32,000 bases of DNA from Horticoccus luteus (GTDB lineage: Bacteria > Verrucomicrobiota > Verrucomicrobiia > Opitutales > Opitutaceae). A model generated the notes under the pieces. That model saw only the letters and a list, made by a program, of their open reading frames with translations. It did no database searches and had not been told where the DNA came from. The translations under genes and the position numbers were made by a program. The stretch is taken from NCBI RefSeq assembly GCF_019464535.1, contig NZ_CP080507.1:1890001-1922000 (forward strand). The letters are read 5' to 3'. Positions 18,913 through 26,663 of this stretch are shown here, piece after piece (the first letter of the stretch is position 1; each line of letters starts with the position of its first letter).

Positions 18913-18978
18913 AGTGGCCGCAAGAGACCTTAACCATTGGTAGGCGGTTGGTTAATAAATTATGCGCGCGCTTGGAGA

Positions 18979-19029
18979 CGGGATGATTCGCTCGCCGCCG
19001 GGATGCACATTTCCCGAATCCGGGATGCA
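18979..19029. promoter_or_regulatory. Three phased direct repeats CGGGATG(A/C)A; candidate enhancer (UAS) for the adjacent sigma-54 activator
   Basis: Copies are cgggatga at 18979-18986, ccgggatgca at 18998-19007 and ccgggatgca at 19020-19029. Start-to-start spacing of the CGGGATG core is 20 and 22 bp. They lie 67-117 bp upstream of the -24 element. TCCCG/CGGGA dyads are interleaved. Confidence 0.35.
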
Positions 19030-19231
19030 GTAGAGCGCGGATACCTGCGTGGTTTCGTGCGGTCTTTGCGCTTCGCACCACACGAACACGCCAGTGCGAA
19101 TCGCGTGGAATCGCGCAACAGCGAGCACGCGTTAGCCGTTTTTCGTGTTCGGAAAACAGAGGGCTTGACGGTCGGAAAAGACTCTTCAACGTCCAGCACT
19201 CCGCGGGTCAAAACCCGCGGTATCAGGCGAT

Positions 19232-19307
<76 letters not shown>

Positions 19308-19436
19308 CCTTCGCCGACGGGGCGGAAATGAGAGCGTAATTCGAAGGAGATCCAGTCAATGGCAGGCAAACAAAATCTCTTTACGCGTGTTCCGCGCGTA
19401 TTCTAGTCGATCCACGGATCTTCCGGCGTTTCACTC

Positions 19437-20081
19437 GTGACCGATCTTCGCCATATCTCCTTCCTCGCAGCCGAACCGGTCGGGCACCGGCGTTCGCGTG
19501 AGCGGCTGATATTTCCGGTGCGAGTTGCGGAAGTGAACGCCGCATCGACGTTGAGGCGTCAAAAGGAGGGAGCTGCCGCCCCTTTAAATCCGGTATTGGC
19601 GTGGATCTTGGATCGCGGCGGTGTGAATCCCGCAGTTTTTCGTGGAGGTGCACTCAACCGGCGTCTGCCGGCGTGCCTGAGGTTGCTGCGGGTGCCGACA
19701 GAAGGCGCGGCCCAAGCGTTGCTCCAGCGTCGACCCGATTTGGTGCCCGCTACGTTGACGGCGATTTTGATCGGCGTGACGGAATTTTTTCGTGAACCGG
19801 CGGTGTTTGAGGCCCTCCGCGACATTGTTTTACCGCAGCTGGCGGCGGAGAGAGAACCGATTCGCGTGGCCGGGTTTGGCGTGTCTCACGGGCAGGAGCT
19901 TTACTCGATGGCGATGCTGCTTGAAGAAGCGGGGTTGCTGCAGCGAAGCGAGTTGGTGGGCATCGATTGTCGTAGTGATGCGATCATCGCCGCCGCTGCG
20001 GGGCGTTATGACGGGGGCGATCTCGGTGGAATCGAACCGGCGCGCCGGGAACGGTGGCGGCGACTCGCATGGACCGGCTAA
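19437..20081 (+). CDS. CheR-type SAM-dependent methyltransferase domain protein, C-terminally truncated (probable gene remnant)
   Basis: A CheR_N-like helical region is followed by ILIGVTEFFREPAVFEAL, then the SAM-binding start RVAGFGVSHGQELYSMAMLLEE and IDCRSDAIIAAAAGRYD. The ORF then ends after about 25 more residues. It lacks the last ~90 aa of a CheR fold (no NLL.../CRNVLIYF-type region). The GTG start is uncertain. Confidence 0.55.
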   Translation: MTDLRHISFLAAEPVGHRRSRERLIFPVRVAEVNAASTLRRQKEGAAAPLNPVLAWILDRGGVNPAVFRGGALNRRLPACLRLLRVPTEGAAQALLQRRPDLVPATLTAILIGVTEFFREPAVFEALRDIVLPQLAAEREPIRVAGFGVSHGQELYSMAMLLEEAGLLQRSELVGIDCRSDAIIAAAAGRYDGGDLGGIEPARRERWRRLAWTG

Positions 20082-20581
20082 TCACGGATGCGTTGGTTTA
20101 CAGCAAAACGGTGCGCGAGGAGCTCATGCTCGGGCCGGTGGAGCCCGCGTCGCTGCTCCGGGGAATGATCGAGTCGTATCCGATCTTCCAATCTCCGCAG
20201 GCGCAGATTGAACTCGATGAGGCTCTTCCCGCGGTGTGGGGAAACGAAGCGGCGTTAACGCAGTGCTTCTCAAATCTCTTGGGCAACGCGATCAAGTTTG
20301 TGCCGAGGGGAAGAGCGCCGAAAGTAAAGGTCAGCGCCGAGCAGAGTGGGGGCCGGGTGCGCCTCTGGTTTGAAGACAATGGCATCGGCATTCCCCAGGA
20401 AATGCATGCGCGAATATTTATGATGTTTCAACGTGCCAGCCGGGAGTTCGAAGGCACGGGCATCGGGCTCGCCTTGGTGCGCAAGGCGGCCGAGCGGATG
20501 GGCGGCCGAGTGGGCGTGGAATCGGCGCCGGGCCAGGGAAGCCGCTTCTGGGTGGAACTGAAAGCCGCCGTCGAATCCTGA
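20054..20581 (+). CDS. Histidine kinase C-terminal fragment (HisKA helix 2 + HATPase_c) lacking the phospho-acceptor H-box
   Basis: RMDRLITDALVYSKTVREEL resembles HisKA helix 2. N-box NLLGNAIKF, G1 DNGIGI, F-box IFMMFQR and G2 GTGIGLALV are present. No H-box exists: this frame is closed by TGA at 20009-20011, and the only His is in EMHARIF. Possible starts are GTG 20054 or ATG 20069. The frame differs from the CheR ORF, which it overlaps by 28 nt. Confidence 0.6.
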   Translation: MAATRMDRLITDALVYSKTVREELMLGPVEPASLLRGMIESYPIFQSPQAQIELDEALPAVWGNEAALTQCFSNLLGNAIKFVPRGRAPKVKVSAEQSGGRVRLWFEDNGIGIPQEMHARIFMMFQRASREFEGTGIGLALVRKAAERMGGRVGVESAPGQGSRFWVELKAAVES

Positions 20582-21027
20582 TGAATGCGCGGACGATTCT
20601 TTACGTGGAAGATGAGGCCGACGACGTCTTGTTCATGCGTTTCGCCTTCCAACGGCTCGCACTCAACGTCGACTTGCGGGCGGTTGGGGATGGCAGCCAG
20701 GCGATCGCATATCTCGCGGGCGAGGGACCCTTCAGCGACCGCAGGCAACATCCGTTGCCGGCCGTGCTCCTGTTGGATTTAAACCTCCCGCTTCAATCCG
20801 GTTTTGAAGTGCTCCAGTGGCTTCGCCACGAAGCGGGGCTGACGACACTGCCGGTCGTCATTTTCTCCTCGTCGGGGCGCCCCGAAGACCGGGCGCGCGC
20901 CCAAGCCTTGGGCGCTTCGGACTATTGGCTCAAGCCGTCCTCTGGCTTGGCCTTCGCCGATATCGCGCGAGATGTGCACGACCGGTGGCTTCAGCTTGGA
21001 ACAGCGGTCAACGAACAGAGCGCATAA
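20581..21027 (+). CDS. Stand-alone response regulator receiver (CheY-like) protein
   Basis: ILYVEDEADD, the phospho-acceptor context VLLLDLNLP, VVIFSSS and YWLKP. There is no output domain. The ATG overlaps the upstream TGA (TGATG). Confidence 0.88.
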   Translation: MNARTILYVEDEADDVLFMRFAFQRLALNVDLRAVGDGSQAIAYLAGEGPFSDRRQHPLPAVLLLDLNLPLQSGFEVLQWLRHEAGLTTLPVVIFSSSGRPEDRARAQALGASDYWLKPSSGLAFADIARDVHDRWLQLGTAVNEQSA

Positions 21028-21047
21028 CGCATCGCCTGCGCGGGTGG

Positions 21048-22562
21048 TTATTTGAAGTTGCGGCGAAGATTGCTGGGGAGAATGCCGAGCTCTTCGCGAT
21101 ATTTCGCCACGGTGCGACGGGCGATGGTGAGGCCTTTTTCCTGCAAACGGGCGACGAGTTCCTGATCGCTCAGCGGCGCACCGCGATCTTCCGCCGCGAT
21201 GACATCGGCGATCAGTTCCTTGACCGAGGTGTTGGAGACGGCCGCACCGGAATCGTCCTGATAACCGGTGGTAAAGAAATACTTCATCGCGAAGACGCCG
21301 TGCGGCGTCTTGATATATTTGTTGGCGAGGGCGCGACTCACGGTCGTCTCGTGGACGCCGACGATGTCCGCGATTTGAGTCATCGTCAGAGGCCGCAAAT
21401 GCGAAACGCCATGTTCGAAGAAGGGACGCTGCGCGATGATGATTTCGCGCGTAATGCGTTCGATGGTGCGTTGGCGTTGCTCGATGGAGTCGATCAGAAA
21501 TTTGCCGGACCGGATTCGCTCCCGGATGTATTCTTTTTCGTCCTTGGAGAGGGTTCCTTTGGCGATGAGGTCCCGGTAAGTGCCCGAAATGCGCAGGCGG
21601 GGAATGTAGTCGTCGTTGAGGTGGATTTTCCAGTCATCGCCGTCGCGTTCGACAATAACGTCGGGCATGACACTGCGGTTGATGTCTTCTGCAAAACGAC
21701 GTCCAGGCGCGGGATCGAGGCGGCCGATTTCCTCAATCGCTGCCTGCACGTCCTCGGTGGATGCGTTGAGTTTGCGCGCAAGTTCGGGAATGCGCCTTCT
21801 CGAAAGGAGGTCGAAATGATCGCGCAACATCCGAGCGGCCAGCGTATCGGTGCGACCCTTGAGTTGTAATTGGGCCAGCAGGCACTCCGCCAAGGTCTCG
21901 CTGCCGATGCCGGGCGGATCAAACGTCTTGAGCGTGCCGAGGGCGGAGAGCACCGTCTCGAACGGGAGGTTCGTTTGGAGGGCAACGTCCGATGGCGATT
22001 GGGTGAGGAATCCGCGGTCGTCGAGGCTTCCGATCAGGTGCCGCATCGCCTCCATCGCGGGCGCCGAGAGATCAGCAAGTTCCGCCTGGCGGATGAGGTG
22101 TTCCTGCAGTGACGTCTCGCTGACGAGCGAATCGAAAAAGTGCTGCCGGCGCTCCGCATCATCTGCGGTGTAGGGCTGAGCTCCGCCGGCGCTGGCCATG
22201 TGGTCGCGCCAGTCCTGATCGATTTTGCCGAGGATCTCGAACTCCTTCGAGAAATCCATCTCATCGCGCGCGCCGCCGTCGTTGTCGGGCTCGGCATGGT
22301 CTGCGCTCTCGCCCGTTGCGGCGGTGCTCGCGCCGCCGGATTCATCGGCAATGTCGTCGTGGTCCGAGGCGACGTCGACGGAGCTCGCTTCCATCGGCAG
22401 CTCTTCGAGCGTCGGATTCGCCTGCAGCTCTTCCTGGATGACGGAGCGCAAGTCTAAGGCGGCGACTTGGAGGATCTTCAACGATTGGCGCAATTGCGGC
22501 GCCAGAACCAATGACTGGCTCTGCCGTTGACGGAGATCCTGGCTGAATCCGGGCCCACTCAT
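21048..22562 (-). CDS. rpoN: RNA polymerase sigma-54 factor
   Basis: Region I LRQRQSQSLVLAPQLRQSLKILQ, an acidic region II, the HTH MTQIADIVGVHETTVSRA, and the RpoN box ARRTVAKYRE. The start was set at MSGPGFSQ (22562). The 44-aa upstream extension in the track is rejected. Confidence 0.95.
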   Translation of the reverse strand: MSGPGFSQDLRQRQSQSLVLAPQLRQSLKILQVAALDLRSVIQEELQANPTLEELPMEASSVDVASDHDDIADESGGASTAATGESADHAEPDNDGGARDEMDFSKEFEILGKIDQDWRDHMASAGGAQPYTADDAERRQHFFDSLVSETSLQEHLIRQAELADLSAPAMEAMRHLIGSLDDRGFLTQSPSDVALQTNLPFETVLSALGTLKTFDPPGIGSETLAECLLAQLQLKGRTDTLAARMLRDHFDLLSRRRIPELARKLNASTEDVQAAIEEIGRLDPAPGRRFAEDINRSVMPDVIVERDGDDWKIHLNDDYIPRLRISGTYRDLIAKGTLSKDEKEYIRERIRSGKFLIDSIEQRQRTIERITREIIIAQRPFFEHGVSHLRPLTMTQIADIVGVHETTVSRALANKYIKTPHGVFAMKYFFTTGYQDDSGAAVSNTSVKELIADVIAAEDRGAPLSDQELVARLQEKGLTIARRTVAKYREELGILPSNLRRNFK

Positions 22563-22581
22563 AACCGTGAAACGAAAGCCA

Positions 22582-23631
22582 TCACGCTGCGGTTGGCACG
22601 GGTGGGGTGGCGCGCGTGGTAGAAGGGGCGGCGGGCGGGCGGGGTTGAAAAACATCGCGGAGGTAAACGCCGAGTTTTTCGTTCGTGGGACCATAGCGGT
22701 CGCTGTAAAGGTAGACTTCCAAGTCGTTCAGAATTTCGAAGGCGGTTTGGTATCGGCGGTCGCGATCGCGATGCAGCGCTTTTTGCAGAATGGCTTCGAG
22801 GGCCTCGTCGATATCGTTCCGCAAGGCGCGGAAACGGGGGATGGCGAGCGTGAGAATGTTACGACGGGAGTCGGCTCGCTCGACCGCGCGGAAAATGTTT
22901 CGGCCCAGCAGAAGTTCACTGAGCACGATGCCGAGCGCAAAAAGATCGGCGCGGGCATCGGTCACTGCGTAGTTCGCTTGCTCGGGGGAAAGATATTCAT
23001 CTTTGCCCGCGATGACCTTGCCTTCCTCGTTATACATGAGGTCCAAGGCCTTCGCGATGCCGAAGTCGGTGAGCTTCACATCGCCTTCCCAAGCGATGAG
23101 CACGTTCTTCGGGTTGATATCCCGGTGCACGATTCCGAGGAGCCGTCCGTCGGCGTCGCGCTTCTGATGCGCATAGGCCAGACCTCGGGCGATGCGCGAA
23201 ACGATGAAGGCGGCCATGTCGATGGGGACAGGGCGGGCGAGTTGGCGATGCCGATCGAGGAATTGTTCGAGGTGCACGCCGCGGACAAACTCCATCACCA
23301 TGTAATATTGACCGCCCACACGGCCCAAATGGTAGGTCTGAACGATATTGGTATGGATGAGGTCGGCGACGAGGCGCGCTTCCCCGATGAAGTTGCGCTG
23401 GAACTCCTCAATGGCAGAAAACTCCTCGCGAATGAGCTTTATCGCGACGGACTTCCGGAAATTGCCGGCGCCGAGTTGGACCGCTTCGTAAACCAAGCCC
23501 ATGCCGCCCTCCGCGATTTTACGCACCATCTCGTAGTGAATCTCGTTAAAGATGTGCCGAAGGGACGCCACGAGAGGGGAGCAAACCCGGCGGCCGGACG
23601 CTGGCAAGTGCGCAAATGCCGGTTGGTGCAC
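22582..23631 (-). CDS. Hanks-type serine/threonine protein kinase, soluble, kinase domain only
   Basis: Gly-loop [15 protein letters not shown] lysine, catalytic loop [20 protein letters not shown] (YLSPEQ), and [13 protein letters not shown]. There is no TM or sensor domain, and the tail is Pro-rich. It appears to start with GTG. Confidence 0.9.
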   Translation of the reverse strand: MHQPAFAHLPASGRRVCSPLVASLRHIFNEIHYEMVRKIAEGGMGLVYEAVQLGAGNFRKSVAIKLIREEFSAIEEFQRNFIGEARLVADLIHTNIVQTYHLGRVGGQYYMVMEFVRGVHLEQFLDRHRQLARPVPIDMAAFIVSRIARGLAYAHQKRDADGRLLGIVHRDINPKNVLIAWEGDVKLTDFGIAKALDLMYNEEGKVIAGKDEYLSPEQANYAVTDARADLFALGIVLSELLLGRNIFRAVERADSRRNILTLAIPRFRALRNDIDEALEAILQKALHRDRDRRYQTAFEILNDLEVYLYSDRYGPTNEKLGVYLRDVFQPRPPAAPSTTRATPPVPTAA

Positions 23632-23688
23632 TTCCTGCTAGAGGGGTTGGCGGTTTGACAGGGCCCGTGCGCGTTTTACCGTCGGAGC

Positions 23689-24003
23689 ATGATTACGTTG
23701 ACGCCCAGGGCTGCCACCCAAGTTCGTGCGATGCAGAAGTCGGCGGAGCCGGACACTCGTTTACGGGTGTTCGTGGAGACAGGCGGGTGTTCGGGATTTC
23801 AGTATGGGATGTCGTTTGATGCGCCCAAGGCCGACGATTCTCATTTCGACAGCGAAGGCGTGCCCATTTTGGTGGATCCCGCCAGCCTCGCTTACCTCGA
23901 CGGATCAAACATCGATTTCGACGACGGGCTTCACGGCAAGGGATTTGAGATCAAAAACCCGAACGCAGAAAGCACCTGCGGATGTGGTAAGTCGTTTAAC
24001 TAG
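23689..24003 (+). CDS. erpA: Iron-sulfur cluster insertion/carrier protein (HesB/IscA/ErpA family)
   Basis: 104 aa. GGCSGFQY and the C-terminal CGCGKSF give the three conserved Cys of A-type carriers. Confidence 0.9.
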   Translation: MITLTPRAATQVRAMQKSAEPDTRLRVFVETGGCSGFQYGMSFDAPKADDSHFDSEGVPILVDPASLAYLDGSNIDFDDGLHGKGFEIKNPNAESTCGCGKSFN

Positions 24004-24021
24004 AATTCCTAGCCGGGCGTA

Positions 24022-24726
24022 TCACTTCGGACGCGTGCCGCTGTGCAACGCGACGATACCGCCCGTAAACCCGCGGGAGGCCACTTCCGCAAAACCCGCC
24101 GCACGCATTTCCGCCGCCAAAGCGGAGCGATCCGGGAAAGCTTCGATTGACTCGTTGAGATAAACGTAAGCGGCGCGATCTCCCGTCAGCCAGCCAGCAA
24201 GCAGCGGCAAGACACGTCGGAGGTAGAAAAGGTAGAATGGTCGCATCCAACGCTGGGGCTGCGAAAACTCCAAAACGAAAACGCGGCCCCCGGGACGCAA
24301 CACCCGCCGCATTTCAGTTAGAGAACGGTGCCGGTCCGCCATATTTCGCAGGCCGAAAGAAATCGTTACCGCGTCGACGCTTTCGTCCGCCAACGGCAAC
24401 GCGAGTCCATCGCCAGGACGAAAAAGCACGTTTTGATACCGATCTGGAGTGGCCTGCTTCTTGGCTTCGGCCGACTCAAGCATCGGCAGGCAAAAATCCA
24501 TGCCGATTATGTGAGTGGTCGCCGGCAACGCGTCGCCAAGGGCGAAAGCGACGTCCCCGCTGCCTGTCGCCAAGTCCAAGACTGTGAGCGGGTTGCCAGT
24601 GGCGACGGCGCGCACGAGAGCCTGCCGCCACGCCCGATCCACGCCCAAACTTAAGACGCGGTTGCCCAAATCGTAACGGCTCGCGATGCGGGCAAACATG
24701 GAATTTACGGCAGCAGGATCAGGCAT
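24022..24726 (-). CDS. ubiE: Demethylmenaquinone/ubiquinone biosynthesis C-methyltransferase
   Basis: MFARIASRYDLGNRVLSLGVDRAWR, SAM motif VLDLATGSGD, ISFGLRN, and LRPGGRVFVLEFS. Confidence 0.9.
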   Translation of the reverse strand: MPDPAAVNSMFARIASRYDLGNRVLSLGVDRAWRQALVRAVATGNPLTVLDLATGSGDVAFALGDALPATTHIIGMDFCLPMLESAEAKKQATPDRYQNVLFRPGDGLALPLADESVDAVTISFGLRNMADRHRSLTEMRRVLRPGGRVFVLEFSQPQRWMRPFYLFYLRRVLPLLAGWLTGDRAAYVYLNESIEAFPDRSALAAEMRAAGFAEVASRGFTGGIVALHSGTRPK

Positions 24727-24853
24727 ATGGAAGCATCGGGGAAAATCTGATTTATTCGATTTTCAGGCACTTAGGGGTCATATTAGTTGACGCAATTGCT
24801 GTCCCCCAAATCATTTAGGTGCATCGGCACAGGATCTAAGCAAAAGGAAAATC

Positions 24854-25210
24854 ATGTCCACAAACCTCACAAAGCGAGAGATCGTATTAGAAATTTATAA
24901 GAAGACCAGCTTCCCTCAAAAGCAGGTCGTCGAAACCGTGCAATTAACGCTCGATATCATTCAGAAGGCCTTGGCCGATGGACGCAATGTCGAGCTGCGC
25001 AACTTCGGTGTTTTGGAAGTCCAGGTCCGTAAACAGCGGATCGGTCGCAATCCAAACAAGCCGGAGGCGGAAGTCGTTATTCCGCAACGAGCGGTCGTTA
25101 AGTTCAAGGCCGGTAAAATCCTCAAGCAACAGTTGAAGAAAATCGACCTGAACAAGCTCAAAGCCGGATCTTCCTCGGAAGACGTGGGAGACGAGACGGA
25201 CGCCGAGTAA
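24854..25210 (+). CDS. HU/IHF family DNA-binding protein with an acidic C-terminal tail
   Basis: LTKREIV..., ELRNFGVLEVQVRKQRIGRNPNKPEAEVVIPQRAVVKFKAGKILK is the beta-arm RNP motif. AAGGA sits 6 nt upstream of the ATG. The gene is noticeably more A/T-rich than its neighbours. Confidence 0.9.
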   Translation: MSTNLTKREIVLEIYKKTSFPQKQVVETVQLTLDIIQKALADGRNVELRNFGVLEVQVRKQRIGRNPNKPEAEVVIPQRAVVKFKAGKILKQQLKKIDLNKLKAGSSSEDVGDETDAE

Positions 25211-25240
25211 CGCCGGCCTGACTCTTCTTTGGCACTCTCA

Positions 25241-25265
25241 GGCCGGACGCGAGTCCGGCCTTTTT
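25241..25265 (+). terminator. Rho-independent terminator downstream of the HU/IHF gene
   Basis: GGCCGGAC-gcga-GTCCGGCC (25241-25260) is followed directly by TTTTT (25261-25265), 31 nt after the stop codon. Confidence 0.75.
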
Positions 25266-25321
25266 CGCGGGCGAATTTTTCATCGCTCTACCGGGGCGCG
25301 AGAGGCAATTTCCGCGATTCC

Positions 25322-26626
25322 ATGGCCTTTCAGTCGCTTCCCGGATTCCGCGAGTTCTATCCCGACGCTTTCGCCCGGCGGAAGTTTGTTTTCGATCTCT
25401 GGCGGCGCACAGCGCACGCGTTCGGCTTCGCGGAATATGATGCTCCGGTGCTCGAGCCCCTTGAGCTCTATACCACCAAGTCCGGCGAGGAGATTGAGGG
25501 GCAACTTTTCAATTTCGTCGATAAGGGCGGACGCGAAGTGGCCCTCCGTCCGGAAATGACACCGACGGTGTGCCGGCTCGTGGGGGCGAAGGCCAACGCT
25601 CTCAAGCGGCCGATCAAGTGGTTTAGCATCGCCGAATTCTACCGTTACGAGCGCATGCAAAAGGGCCGGGGGCGATGCTTCACGCAGTTCAACGCGGATA
25701 TTTTTGGCGAAGCAGGTCCGGAGGCGGAGATTGAACTTATCGCCTTGCTGATCCAATGCCTCGCGGCCTTTGGACTCACGGAGGCGGATTTCTACGTTCG
25801 GTTGAGCGATCGCACACTGTGGTTTCACTTCCTTGAAACGCTCGGTCTCGATGAAGAGCGCAGCCGGGCCGTTTTGAGCGCGATCGACAAATACGAGAAG
25901 ATCGGGGACGCCGCGTTCGCGCCTTACGGAGAAAAATTTGGTCTGCTGCCCGACGAAACGAAGGCGCGCATTCTGGGATTTCTCGGCATTAAATCGTTCA
26001 CCGCGCTCGCCGCCGCCTTTGGCGAGGGGACGAATGAAAAAATTTCCGCGCGCCTCGCCGAATGGCGGACGTTGCTCGATGGCTTGGATTCGATGGGGCT
26101 GGGCGGCTTTGTGACCGTCGATTTTGGTGTGGTGCGCGGGCTGGCCTACTACACGGGCTTTGTGTTCGAAGCGTTCGACCGCAAAGGTGAATTGCGGGCA
26201 TTGGCGGGCGGCGGCCGCTACGATGATCTCGTCGCAAAACTCGGCGGTCCGAACCTGCCCGCCGTCGGCTTCGCGATCGGTGACATGACGTTCGCGCTGT
26301 TGCTTGAACAACGCGGGCTGACTCCGCCGATGGTGCAGGCCATCGATGTGTTCTGTGTGATCGGCGGCGAGGCGGAGCGTCGCGCGGCATTCGGCGACGT
26401 CCATGCGTTGCGGGCGGCGGGTTACCGCGTCGAGTATCCGATGAAAGAAGTCGGGTTCGGCAAACAGTTCAAAGTTGCAGCGGATTCCGGAGCGAAGCTG
26501 GCGTTAATCTATGGCGCCGATGAACTCGCCAGGGGTGTCGTGAAAATCCGCAATCTCATGGACCGCACCGAGCAGGACGTGCCCAAGGATCAACTGGTGG
26601 TCGCCGTGCGGGAATTTTTGAACTGA
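25322..26626 (+). CDS. hisS: Histidine--tRNA ligase
   Basis: Class II motifs: LRPEMTP, FRYERMQKGRGRCFTQF, GGGRYDDL, plus a C-terminal anticodon-binding domain. The start is at MAFQSLPGFREFYP. Confidence 0.95.
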   Translation: MAFQSLPGFREFYPDAFARRKFVFDLWRRTAHAFGFAEYDAPVLEPLELYTTKSGEEIEGQLFNFVDKGGREVALRPEMTPTVCRLVGAKANALKRPIKWFSIAEFYRYERMQKGRGRCFTQFNADIFGEAGPEAEIELIALLIQCLAAFGLTEADFYVRLSDRTLWFHFLETLGLDEERSRAVLSAIDKYEKIGDAAFAPYGEKFGLLPDETKARILGFLGIKSFTALAAAFGEGTNEKISARLAEWRTLLDGLDSMGLGGFVTVDFGVVRGLAYYTGFVFEAFDRKGELRALAGGGRYDDLVAKLGGPNLPAVGFAIGDMTFALLLEQRGLTPPMVQAIDVFCVIGGEAERRAAFGDVHALRAAGYRVEYPMKEVGFGKQFKVAADSGAKLALIYGADELARGVVKIRNLMDRTEQDVPKDQLVVAVREFLN

Positions 26627-26663
26627 GAGCAGGGGGTTGCGTCAACCGGTTCGTGACGGGCGC

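Noticed and set aside
20028-20040. A 13-nt inverted copy (GGAATCGAACCGG) of the tRNA-Phe T-arm sequence CCGGTTCGATTCC (19281-19293). It lies about 14 nt before the CheR/kinase frame break and could be an att-like scar.
   Set aside because: The match is inverted rather than direct and does not fold into a T-arm (the flanking stem is mismatched). No integrase or other mobile gene is nearby. A 13-mer match to some part of a 76-nt tRNA in 32 kb of GC-rich DNA is not very improbable, so I treat it as probably coincidental. It is still worth a glance if a full-length orthologue defines the deletion endpoints.
19308-21027. A genomic island or prophage integrated at tRNA-Phe.
   Set aside because: There is no integrase, no direct repeat of the tRNA 3' end that I could find, and no mobile-element genes. 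Composition looks like the flanks. Only the damaged CheR/kinase gene hints at past rearrangement.
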